A DNA stretch of 25,636 bases from Paramecium tetraurelia (Eukaryota): positions 434,001 to 459,636 of the forward strand of contig CT868463.1 in NCBI GenBank assembly GCA_000165425.1. Reading direction: 5' to 3'. A model generated the notes under the pieces. It saw nothing but the letters and a program-made list of their open reading frames with translations, searched no databases and had not been told where the DNA came from. Both the position numbers and the translations under genes were made by a program. Below, piece after piece: positions 15,483 through 25,636 of the stretch (within the stretch, counting starts at the first letter, position 1; each line of letters begins with the position of its first letter).

Positions 15483-16700
15483 TCAAAATTATGGGATGAA
15501 TCTTTTCATGAAGCTTCCGATTAGAAGACATAGAACACTTGTTATAAGGATATGCCAAATATAGAAACGTTATTGGTTGATTGTATTTGCATTCTTACAA
15601 TTGAATAGCATTTTGAATTCTAATTTTTTCAGCTCTTGTAGAAATACTTCTTTGTTGTGTTTCAATTCATTCTATATAAATCAAAAAATACTTACAATTT
15701 ATTTTAATAACTAGTCCTCTATTAGCTTATTTTTATTTAAATGATGCTAATTATTGATTGGAGATTTGGGGTGGTGAACAAAAGGGTATGAAACTCTTAG
15801 CTTTGATTTTTCATTGAACTTTGATCTTTTTAATTGAGGGAATTGCTATTTTGAAGTATGGAATCTTTAAATAGAAGTAGTTTCACTGATACTCATGTCT
15901 TATTATTGATTATCGGGAAAGTTATGTTGAGATTGGGTTTAAGATTCATGTTAAGAGGGTAATTGAATGAGAAATGGATCATTAGAAGAATCAATCTAAT
16001 CTAAAAAGTTATTGAAATCATTAGGCATTTTGAGAATTTATTATTAGGTTTGGGTTGTAGACATATATCCATATGATTCGAAATCGCTTAAGGAATGTTT
16101 CCTATTTTGTGAATAGGACTATTGAAATTTATTGTCATCTGCTATTTTGGCTGAACCCATTCTTTGTATGGATTGTTAAGAAGTTATACTTGATATGGAG
16201 TTATTTTGGTTGTCATGATCGTTTATTTTTTTTTTAATTTACTAGACATATCGTTCATTAGTATTGGATGAGTCCTGATTTTGGTCATGAAAGATTTGAT
16301 TCATGGTTGGGGACTTGTTATAGTGGGCAAACCCATTGGAGTCTTATGCATCTGTGGATAACAACAGAGATTGAGATTATGACTGTAAGGAACCTTTATT
16401 TCTTTCATTCCAGAACGGCGGAACAGACTTAGAATTAGAGGATAATCAAATTACGAGTGTTTCAAGTTTGGTTTCATCAAATTCGATGGCTTCAATTTTT
16501 AGACGGCTTTCTTGTCTAGAAGTCAATTTGGGCATGATCTAAAAATTCTTTCTTTCATTGAATTTCAACAATGAAAAGGAAGGAATGACAGTGTAAGAAC
16601 TGTCTTCTATGATCCTAACTAAAATTGGATATTTGGCTGCATTTATCAAGGTTAGCTGTTTACTTTGCTTTATATTTTTGCAATCAATTTGAAATAACAT
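15483..16700 (-). CDS. MSP-domain (VAP-like) tail-anchored membrane protein (388 aa)
   Basis: ATG16700, introns 16428-16454 (27 nt) and 15672-15695 (24 nt), TGA at 15485-15483. N-terminal Ig-like segment KQLTLINAAKYPILVRI..YTVIPSFSLLKFNERKNFQI, long S/Q/N-rich linker, short coiled coil, C-terminal TM RFYIWHILITSVLCLLIGSFMKR. This matches VAP-type architecture. Confidence 0.72.
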
Positions 16701-16740
16701 TTATAAATAAAAACTTATTAAACATAGAGATAAATTCATA

Positions 16741-17981
16741 TCATGAATAATTTTGCTTATTATTCAATACCGCTTCAATAGTCCACACTGAAGCATTGGT
16801 TGGCAACTAAGTTAGAAATGTTTTGTATTGTTATTTGGTTGTATAAGAGGGTTCTGCAATCGAAGTCAAGTACTATTAACAAGTATTATTTTGAATGAGG
16901 AAAAAGTCATTACAGAACACTGCTGGGGTTTATTATGGAATCAAAGGAATGATAGACCATTCTTCTAAGAATAGATTTTCATCAGAACAACAAACCTAAA
17001 ATGTTTTATCTGAATTAGTCTATCCTTGATTATATTTTAGAAACTGATTAGTTTTTGAATGCAATAGAGAAAACTTTTCACCATACAACAATTGATTCTC
17101 AATTGATCTTTTTCTTTCCCCTTCAATTTTCATCAGAACAACCTCCCAAAGTTCATTCTCTAAAATTGTAATACTAATCAATACATATTCTGGGTATCAC
17201 AGGATTAGTAGTTACTTCCTAGTTTTTTGACTTTAATAAAACAGAATGAGAATTTAAAGCTGTACCCAAAAATGCATTTCGAATTATCACCAGACTCCCA
17301 TGAAAAATTGGTTTACTAAATCTGGGCAACACATGTATCATCCCATCCTTCAGATTAATGTCATGAATGTTTATAAACCAGTCATCGTTTTGATCTCTCT
17401 CACTACATCCAGTTACTTCTATGCAGCCAGTCAAATCCTTCTATTTAAAATATATTGAATTCGAATGCAAGGATAAATTGGACGTTATATTAATGAGTCT
17501 TATGATTGATGCTTGATTTATTGTTGATTCTTTGATTTTTAGAAGGGAACCTTGCCAAAGTTCTGAGGGAGTGATTACAAATATTTAAGAACCCAAAATT
17601 TCATTTTGCTTCTCCATTAAAATGGCTTCCTTTTAATTAGATGTTTATGACTTGCTATTGACATTACTAATTTAATAATATTAATTACATAGTCACAATT
17701 TAATCTAATTATTTTAAATATACAAGGTCTCCATATTTTATTGGTTAATAAAGCATATCTCCGAAATCTGTGTACGCTAAGTGCATTTAGAATTTTGTCC
17801 CTTCCTAATATTGGTTTTTAGTACATCCCAACATTGTTTCTTTCGATCTAATTATTTTATATGATGTTCCTTACCCGCTCGTCAACTTGATTCGGTTTGA
17901 AAAGAGGTAATCGTTTGTACTCAGGTGCTTCAATTGAATTGTGGCGCCACTGAATAACTACAAGTCATATTATTTATGCAT
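16741..17981 (-). CDS. MIR-motif repeat protein (six MIR-like motifs, 397 aa)
   Basis: ATG17981, introns 17667-17688 and 17160-17184, TGA at 16743-16741. Repeats include LFSGATIQLKHLSTNDYLFS, IKYGDLVYLK, IIRLINITSNLSLHS..EVTGCSERDQNDDWFI, FHGSLVIIRNAFLGTALNSH..QEVT..NELWEV, LLYGEKFSLLHSKTNQFL..EEWSI and FLIQNNTCQQYLTS..ASVWTIE. Confidence 0.82.
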
Positions 17982-18061
17982 TATTTATTATCTAAATTAC
18001 AACAATTTATATTTATTAAAGAATTATTAAACATGTAATATACAAATATGGAATCAGCACT

Positions 18062-18687
18062 TCATAAAAAATTTAGTGATCTTACACTCAATAAAGTAGT
18101 ATGTGATTTAGGAGACTTCAATAAGAAATTCTTGTTTGTACTATAACTCTTCTTTCTGTCTGTAACTAATTTCTCAATTGTTCGATTCGGTCTTAAATTG
18201 TAAACATTAGAAAAGTTTTCCTTGTTTTCTATATAAGGATCCACTATTATCAACTGTTATTCTTAATATTTAGGTCGCTTGAAATTTGTTTTCAAGAATA
18301 TTTGTTTAACTCCTTCATAATGAGAGTTTGATGAAAGCCTTGATGATATCCGAGTATTATAATCAGACAATCTTGAAGTTGGAGTCTTAAAATTCAGTAA
18401 ATTATTATTCATTGAACTTATTAATCTTCTTTGCGTCTATTTAGATTTACTGGTTGACGCGACGCTCTTTTTGCAGGTCGACAAAATGGTGTTCTTCCTA
18501 ATAAACCAAATAATATTTACTATTATTCTTGCAATTCCAATCTCTTTTATTTTTTTCGTTCTTTCTCCCTTTTAATATCCAAAACATGTTATTATATTAT
18601 GGTTTTTGGATAAAGGACATTAAATCTTCTTAATTTTGATCCATCCCCCTCTTATTGGCTTAATCTTCTTAATTTAGTGCTAGACAT
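18062..18687 (-). CDS. Hypothetical basic, low-complexity protein (200 aa)
   Basis: ATG18687 in an AAAATG context, intron 18498-18520 (23 nt), TGA at 18064-18062. Reads MSSTKLRRLSQQEGDGSKLRRFNVLYPK.. and is K/R/S/N rich. The frame joins the ORF-track fragment 18062-18253. Confidence 0.75.
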
Positions 18688-18889
18688 TTTAACTGACAAA
18701 AATTTATTAATAAAAAGTATATTTATTTTCTCATCACACTCAGATTCAAAAAACAGAATTAGATTTTAGTAGACTTCTAACTTTCCCTAAGATTCACATT
18801 TTCCATGAATATCAATGGAGATAAGTTTGAAATATTGAATTTTGTATATTAAAAACGAATAAATAATGTAAAGTGTTATTGCTATAAAC

Positions 18890-20352
18890 ATGTCCTTATT
18901 GTATATTTCAAACATTCATTGTGAAAATATTACTCAACTAATTTTCTTGACTCCTTTTGCAATGGGTTCACTGAAAAAGCGGATTCAAATTCATCTGTTG
19001 ATATCTAAATATGAGTATTAGACTATTGTTAAGTTTGAATTAAATAAAATTAGTTATAGCAAGATATTGAAGTTAGCAATTAACATTTCATAAACTTACT
19101 AATTAAGTTTATTACATATTAAAATAAAATTACTAATGATAAATCAGCCGAACTCAATTATTGAATTACCTTTCTAGGTTTCTACAAGTCATATCTTGGA
19201 CTTATTTATTAGCTGCACGAAAAAGAAGTAAAGTTTTTAAAATATGATATTAGATAATATCAAATATTGGAAAAGGATTCTAATTAGATTATAGCAATCA
19301 AGGAAAATGTCGCAGTGATTAAGAATACTGTAAAACGGTTGGTTTGCATGTAAGAAAATACTTTTGAGTAAATATGTTTGGTTAAAATCTAAATTGATAC
19401 AAATTAAGTTAAATGTATCAGAGTAGTTTCCATACGAGGGATCACTGGACATTATGAGGAAAATTAAGAGTTGATTAACTATTTCTTATCTAAGATTGAT
19501 AAATTACGCAATAAGAAAACTTAAGATTAAAACATGATGAATGAAGCATCTGAATTTGTTGGGATTGTGAATGTTTCTGAAGAAATGGAAAACCCTGCCA
19601 ATCAAAACCCTTACTATTTAGAAACAAGCGCTTATTACATGTTTCACAAGTTGTTGTGTGCTTCAAATTATGGGCTTGGGAAAAAAGTAGCAGAATATAT
19701 TCAAAAATTATAAGGCAATATTTCTAATGACTAATCTAACATTAAATAAAATGTTCAATAATTAAATGCATTCATTAATCAAATCGTTGAAACATTATTT
19801 CAATCTTTCAATTTTGGGAAATAAGAAACTACATAAATTATGCCTTATTGCAAGATTTCAATCGAAAAGTATTTCTATCTGAAGTTATCTCATTGCATTT
19901 TGCCTCAATATTAAAACATGTTCAAATAGCAGAATGAATTGTTCAGATCTAAGAAGATTGACAGGAACAATACATAGACTAAGAGTGACTTACACAAGGA
20001 TCTTTAGATTCCAGAATTCAATGCTCAATAATCAATACGAATTGCAGAAGCCTTGAATGAATTAGATAAAATTGAGTATATGAGTTATCCAAGGGAAAAG
20101 TTGAGGTGCTTATAGTTGATGAATGCCATCCTAAAAGGTTTACTTCATAATATTATTGCATAGCTATTAACTCTGGTTTGATTGATTAATTGGTGAAGTA
20201 CTGTTTGGTTTTGAGTAATGTAGATCATCCATTCTCAGAAATTTAATTACTCATAGATTCAACAAGTTCACAAGATAGGCAATTCCTGAATAAAATTAAC
20301 GTATTAAATCATCTAATTGTAGCATCAACTAGAAGAAATAATCAGTTCTTGA
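18890..20352 (+). CDS. Degenerate VPS9-domain protein with VARP/ANKRD27-like N-terminal region (~462 aa)
   Basis: ATG18890 (start uncertain), introns 19228-19253, 20138-20163, 20301-20322, TGA20350. Helical bundle SIEKYFYLKL followed by ALNELDKIEYMSYPREKLRCL, typical of the region leading into a VPS9 domain. Upstream STSHIL..IIAIKEN resembles the VARP N-terminal domain (weak, by eye). Confidence 0.65.
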
Positions 20353-20400
20353 TATAATAATTTTAATTAATTTAATTTATTAATAAAAAAACTTACAAAG

Positions 20401-20672
20401 ATGAACAACTTTGATGAAGATTCCAATCCCAATTCCGCAGGTCTAATTAACAAATTAGGTTTTTCAGTTCAATTACAATAGCTAGTGGAACTAAAAATGT
20501 AGTAACAGGAACAGTCAATTCTGTTGGATACGGTATATGGTGGGCTGGCTCAGGTTTAGTTAATGCTAGTGGCAACCTTCTTCATCTGGGAAAAAGCGGC
20601 TTTAGCAAACCTCCTAAAGCTCAAGAAAATAATGAACTCAAAGGATAATAATTGGTAAACATCAATAAATGA
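20401..20672 (+). CDS. 82-aa Gly/Ser/Asn-rich microprotein of unknown function
   Basis: ATG20401, intron 20459-20481 (23 nt), TGA20670, GC above the flanks. Sequence: MNNFDEDSNPNSAGLINKLASGTKNVVTGTVNSVGYGIWWAGSGLVNASGNLLHLGKSGFSKPPKAQENNELKGQQLVNINK. Confidence 0.72.
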
Positions 20673-20861
20673 TTATTATGAGATTTATACTATAAATTAT
20701 ATTCCTTCTCCAATATAATTTTAAACCTACATAACAGAACAATTTAAATATGTTCAAAGGAATAAGATTCTTCATTTTCATTTTGATTGGTATGAAATAT
20801 TAAATATATATATTATAATTTTATATATTTAATAATATTTGATCTATTATTTTTATTAGTC

Positions 20862-21824
20862 ATGGAAGTCTTAGATGAAGTGTATTAAAATCTAAAGATA
20901 TTACATTCAACCTCTATTGATGGCTCTGTAATTTGTGATGTCAATCTAAATGTTAATAAAATTGCTATCATTATCGGGACTCAAAAGTCATAAAACTCTA
21001 GATCATAAAATCCAGTCCTACATCTCTATTCAGCTTCAACAGCCGAAAAAGAGCGAGAATTGGTTTTACCTGTCGACTATTTAAAATCACTTAAGTTTTC
21101 TTAGACTGGATAATTTTTAATTGCATATGGTTTAGCAAGTGATATAATAGTGATATCTATTAATGACCGTGATCAAAAATTACAAATTTTAAAAGGTCAC
21201 TCATATTTTGTAGATTCTATTCACATCCAAAAATAAGAAAAATTATTTGTATCCGCAGCATCTTTTGATTATTTATGTCTTTGGAGTTTGGAAGAGTTCA
21301 AACTATTAAAAAAGATTTCCACTCAAGAACAACAAATAAGTGAAATTTACTCTTTAGCTTTGTCACAATCTAATCATTTCTTGGCTGTAGCCACTTCAGA
21401 TGAACGATTAATCATATGGAATTATTAAGGAGGCTCAATCACAAAAATCATACAATTTAAAGACGGTCTCAATTATTTAGAATATCCCCACCAAAGTAAT
21501 AATGTACTCTTTGCCTATAGAAAAGCTTCAAACTCCTTAATCTTATTGAATCTCAAAGCGGCAACCATTATAAGATAATTGGAACTCTTTTCAGTTAGAT
21601 TAGTCAATATAGATTTTATATAAGATTCAAATCTAATTACAATAGCTTAAAACAATCTATTTTAAAAATAAGGATGTGTGTCTTTATGGGATTGGCAAAA
21701 AGGAAACTTATTGATTAAACAAAATTTAGACGACTCAGTCATAATTTTGAAGGCTCTTGAGAAGAAAAAAGTCTTAATAACTAAAGATAATTATTCTATT
21801 AAATTTTGGATGAATAAGCAATGA
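20862..21824 (+). CDS. WD40-repeat beta-propeller protein (320 aa)
   Basis: Intronless ATG20862-TGA21822. WD-type repeats: LKGHSYFVDSI..FVSAASFDYLCLWS, IYSLALSQSNHFLAVATSDERLIIWN, GCVSLWDW, YSIKFW. Confidence 0.88.
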
Positions 21825-22334
21825 CTAATATTAATTCGATTCTATTTATAATAATATATAAAAATTCTATATATTTATATTATTGTTTTTTATTCTAATT
21901 TAAAAAGAGAGATATATACTTCAAAGAGGCAACAATTTAGATATTTAAAACCTATGTTAATAAAAGATTAGTAAATTAAATAAAAAAAGGATTAAGTTAT
22001 TTAGTCCTTTAAGATCAAAAATACTATTTAAATTTATAATTTATCATTATATTTAATATATCTTAATAAATACTCAATAATAACTGAAATGATTGTGATT
22101 TTCATAATTTATTTCGTTTAGTATTTAAAATAAATAAATTGTGCAGTCCGAAGTTAATTTTGAATGCATTTAGACTTCTATAAATGATAAGTAAGGGTAA
22201 TCTATTTTAAAATTATAGTTTAATCGATAATCTCAGATGGGTGTACATTTAAATGAAGTAGTAAATGAGAATCTTTGATCTATTATGATTCTTTATCATG
22301 TTAATATATATATGAAGGATGGATAAAAGTTATT

Positions 22335-22531
22335 NNNNNNNNNNNNNNNNNNNNNNNNNNNNNNNNNNNNNNNNNNNNNNNNNNNNNNNNNNNNNNNNNN
22401 NNNNNNNNNNNNNNNNNNNNNNNNNNNNNNNNNNNNNNNNNNNNNNNNNNNNNNNNNNNNNNNNNNNNNNNNNNNNNNNNNNNNNNNNNNNNNNNNNNNN
22501 NNNNNNNNNNNNNNNNNNNNNNNNNNNNNNN
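22335..22531. other. Assembly gap (197 N)
   Basis: Run of N bases seen directly. Confidence 0.99.
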
Positions 22532-22640
22532 CAGAAGGATGCGTGCCAATACTATTTTAAATATTTTAATGACTCAATGAATGAATTAGTGATACAATAA
22601 ATATTTTATTGATTCAAAATATATACTTTATAAATTTCTA

Positions 22641-22672
22641 TTTTTTGTATAAAAAGACTTTTTTGTATAAAA
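22641..22672. repeat. 14-bp direct repeat TTTTTTGTATAAAA x2 immediately before the F-BAR start codon
   Basis: Copies at 22641-22654 and 22659-22672; the last base is the A of ATG22672. Confidence 0.6.
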
Positions 22673-24135
22673 TGTTAAACTCTAAATTTGAACCGGATAT
22701 TGTATAAATCACAGAACAATTAAGCAAACGACTTAATGAGAAGAAGAAATCGATTTAGGAGTTTTTAAACATTCTGGAATAAAGAGCTGAAATAGAAGAT
22801 GTGTATTCCAAGAGTCTTGAGAAGATAGGTAAATTAATAAAGTAAGAAAAGGAAATGAATTAAGTAATATAGTTGAGAATACACAGCAGGATAGCTTTAC
22901 AGATATCATGCAATATGTCAGAAATTATCTTCTAATTTCAAGTGAGTAGAGTAAAGAATTGTATTAGTAGTTGAAAAATAATGTTGTTTTAGAATTACAG
23001 AACACCATTAGCCTTGATTAAGGATGGATTAATGAGGTGAATAGGATTTAAAGTAAACATTCTAGGGAGGTTAGAAGGAATATAGAGGAATTGCATGCAT
23101 TACAAGATGATTACAATTAAGCATTGTATGAGGAAAAGTTTTATTTGGAAGGTAAGATCACTTCTAAGAAGAGGAATCACGAGAAGAGCGAAACGAATTT
23201 AAAATAGTTCATTCTTTATTATAATTAATATTTAGACACATATTTTTAGGATATTGCCTATATTCAAGACATATTTCTTAATATAGAAATTGATAGGAGA
23301 AAATTGGTGTAGGATGCTGGAATGAAATTGTTTATGTATGAGATATCATTGATCAGAAATTTACAATATGACATTAGTGGGATCACTTAGAAAATAGAGC
23401 AATATAAAAGCAATAATAAATAGAGTGAGTTACTCATCATTCAAACTAATGATAGGCCTCTTCTCTCTAAATTAAATGTTGAAAATTATATACTTTCTCT
23501 GAAATAATAATACAATTTAGATGAAAATTAGCGTAAGAAAAAGTAATTAGCTGAAGGACTAAACGGATCTGATTAAAAGAAGGTTGATTTTATATAGGCA
23601 AATTCATCGGATTATTTAAAGTACAATAAGATGTTTGAATAAGCATTAAGGTTTTCTGAGATCAATGATGACATTATCAAACAGTTGATAAATCTATTAC
23701 AAAAAACCAAAGCATAGTAATTTTATGATGCATTTATTTCTACTATTTAAAAATTATCTAACCAAAAAAATGATTATTCTGTTACACCTTTGGGATATCA
23801 AACTTGTTTGAAGTTGTCAGATGTTTTATTAGATTATTGTAATAATTAGAATACAAATGCGTAAATAGTGATTAATCTGCTTAAGTTTTCAAAAAATATT
23901 TACAAAATGTTGAGCGTTTAAGATTAAGAGAATGTGGAGATATAGGAGACCATTAAATTTTCTTTATTTGGTAATTATGAAGTTCATTACAGAGGGTTTA
24001 AAGAATCATGAAGTTTTATAGAATAAAAATTTATGGAATGATTATGTGCGATCCAAAGAATAGATCGATGAACTAATAGAGTTAAATTGTCATGAGAGTT
24101 TGTTATAATATCTGAACACAAAAATAAATTGTTGA
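22672..24135 (+). CDS. F-BAR (FCH) domain protein (472 aa)
   Basis: ATG22672, introns 22864-22886 and 23971-23992, TGA24133. FCH signature IQEFLNILEQRAEIEDVYSKSLEKIG followed by a long helical region. C-terminal FSLFEGLKNHEVLQNKNLWNDY resembles an SBF2-type motif (weak). Confidence 0.8.
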
Positions 24136-24178
24136 CAAATAGATTTGTTGATTATGCATTTTATATAATTTTAATAAT

Positions 24179-25636
24179 ATGAATGAATCAGAGTTTAAAA
24201 AATACAAGATAGATTTGAAAGTTAGAGAAAAAAGCTCAGCAACAACTTTATGGTTAGTTATTTATATTTGCTTCATCTACCTTCTCTTTGGATCGTTTAA
24301 TATGTGTGGCAAAATTTTCTTGACATGTGCATACATCTATTCATTTTCAGAAAGCATTTCCTAATTGGATTATACCTCAATAAATTTAGTTAATTTTTAG
24401 TAATCTTTTTATGTAGAATATTGCTAGATGGTTTCTATTTCAATTGGTAGGACCTTTAAGCCTTCCATTCATACCTTATTTAATTGGCAAAATGAAATTC
24501 AGATATATTTTAGTGGCTGCATCACTTGGTCCAATTATATTCCTGACACCAGCACCCTATGCTTGTTTGTGTAAGGATTCTTAATCACCAGGTTGTGATA
24601 AGGCCTTTATATATTTATGTGCAATTTTAGTATCTATAATTGCGGGTTTGATGCAATCAATATTACTATTTACCATGCTATTTTACATATCCAATCTATC
24701 AAAAAGTCAAGAAAAAGTGATTTATTATGGTTCATTTTTTTTCATGTAATTTACAAATTGTAATTAGTCATTCCTTGTAATGGTTGCTTGGAAGTTTGAT
24801 AGGCGAAGTATTCCTTACATATGATATGAATTAAGACAACTCCATTTCCAAAGTTTTTGGTTTACTTATTCTATTACAATTTGTTGTGAGTCTCCTTTAT
24901 TTGTCCATCCCTGAAAAATCCGATGGTCGTTATGATAAATTTCATAGAACAATATTTGAATATTTCAATAACAAAAGTCAAAAGCAGTCTAAATTAGAAT
25001 AAACTGGTGGAATTAGAGAATTGCTCCTAAAATCAACTTATATTAACAGCGACAATGATGATGAAAGTGATACATTTAAAAATGCAGAGGAAACTTCTAG
25101 ATCCCAATCGAAATCTGCAGTTGATTTGCATTTATTTAAATCTTAAATGTTTCAAAATTCTAATACCAAATCAATTATGACTTTGTAGTGCTTCTCCATA
25201 GAAGAACAAAGCTTAGTAGAACTCTTAGAATCAACAAATCAATAGACAAAGAATTCCATATCAATTGATGAATATTAAAATCGCAACTACTTTTAGAACA
25301 TTTAATTAACCTTTGAAAAACTGTGTCAAGAAGGATTTTTATCAGTTCTGCTTTTGCTATGTTTTATTGCCTGCATTTAAGCATTTTTGTTTATATATTT
25401 TTTTCCATTTTTTGCTTATCCAGGAATTAAGAAATTAACATTTCAAGCCAGATTGGTACTATAGGGATATTTGTATGTAGGTGTTGGTGAATTATTTGGT
25501 TCATTTGGAATCGGTTGGCTAGGAGATTCCAAAGATTAAATTAAGTATCCATTTATTTACAATATATAAGCGCCCTTATCTACATTCTTTAAATATTCTA
25601 ATTCGACTACTGGATGAGATGTGCAACGTCACGGTT
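24179..25636 (+). CDS. MFS / UNC-93-like multi-pass membrane protein (3' partial)
   Basis: ATG24179, introns 24389-24416, 24746-24767 and probably 25545-25570. Six hydrophobic segments (e.g. LWLVIYICFIYLLFG, FIYLCAILVSIIAGLMQSILLF), a long polar central loop, then a second TM bundle (GYLYVGVGELFGSFGIGWLGD). Confidence 0.8.

Noticed and set aside
17085..17145. Hammerhead-ribozyme-like CTGATGA on the minus strand followed by an AATTGA/TCAATT stem
   Set aside because: The stem is followed by GAGA rather than GAAA, I could not build stems I and III, and the site is inside coding sequence.
18805..19230. Frame from ATG18805 is collinear with the VPS9-like ORF and has four in-frame TGA codons in Trp-like contexts, suggesting UGA readthrough or recoding
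   Set aside because: An alternative frame from ATG18890 is open throughout and joins the downstream frame via a canonical 26-nt GTAAAG..TTAG intron (19228-19253). No recoding is needed, and all other complete gene models use TGA as stop and TGG for Trp.
20441..20458. Alternative 18-nt GT..AG intron in the microprotein gene
   Set aside because: Shorter than any other intron here, frame-neutral and unnecessary. The 23-nt intron at 20459-20481 alone gives the complete ORF.
20862..21824. WD40 gene as an ATG18/WIPI partner of the ATG2-like gene
   Set aside because: I saw no F/LRRG phosphoinositide-binding motif, so it is treated as a generic WD40 protein.
22301..22600. ORFs spanning the N run
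   Set aside because: Artefacts of translating the assembly gap.
22641..22672. Resemblance of TTTGTATAAAA to phage or Gateway att cores
   Set aside because: Low-complexity AT-rich match with no integrase or vector context.

Overview
AT-rich, gene-dense eukaryotic DNA that looks like a ciliate macronuclear scaffold, most likely Paramecium. The genes read through only if TAA/TAG encode Gln and TGA is the sole stop (translation table 6). They are split by tiny 20-28 nt GT..AG introns, and most intergenic gaps are 9-200 bp. The supplied standard-code ORF track is therefore mostly fragments or artefacts. By manual re-translation I built 16 gene models, in order: CaMK/CDPK-type kinase (partial), cytochrome b5-like protein, CFAP100/DUF4200-like coiled-coil protein, DUSP-MYND-USP deubiquitinase, pirin, ATG2/VPS13-like lipid-transfer protein, small hypothetical, ODA-docking-complex-like coiled-coil protein, MSP/VAP-like tail-anchored protein, six-MIR-motif protein, basic hypothetical, degenerate VPS9/VARP-like protein, 82-aa Gly-rich microprotein, WD40 protein, F-BAR protein and UNC-93-like MFS protein (partial). 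There is one 197-nt N gap. I found no tRNA, rRNA, CRISPR, telomeric repeat or transposon. I saw no clearly new multi-gene system. The best leads are two divergent start codons only 9 bp apart, a probable pseudo-GEF, a compact ATG2-like gene, an unusual USP architecture, a signal-peptide-less double-MIR protein and the microprotein. Family calls rest on motif recognition by eye, not database searches.
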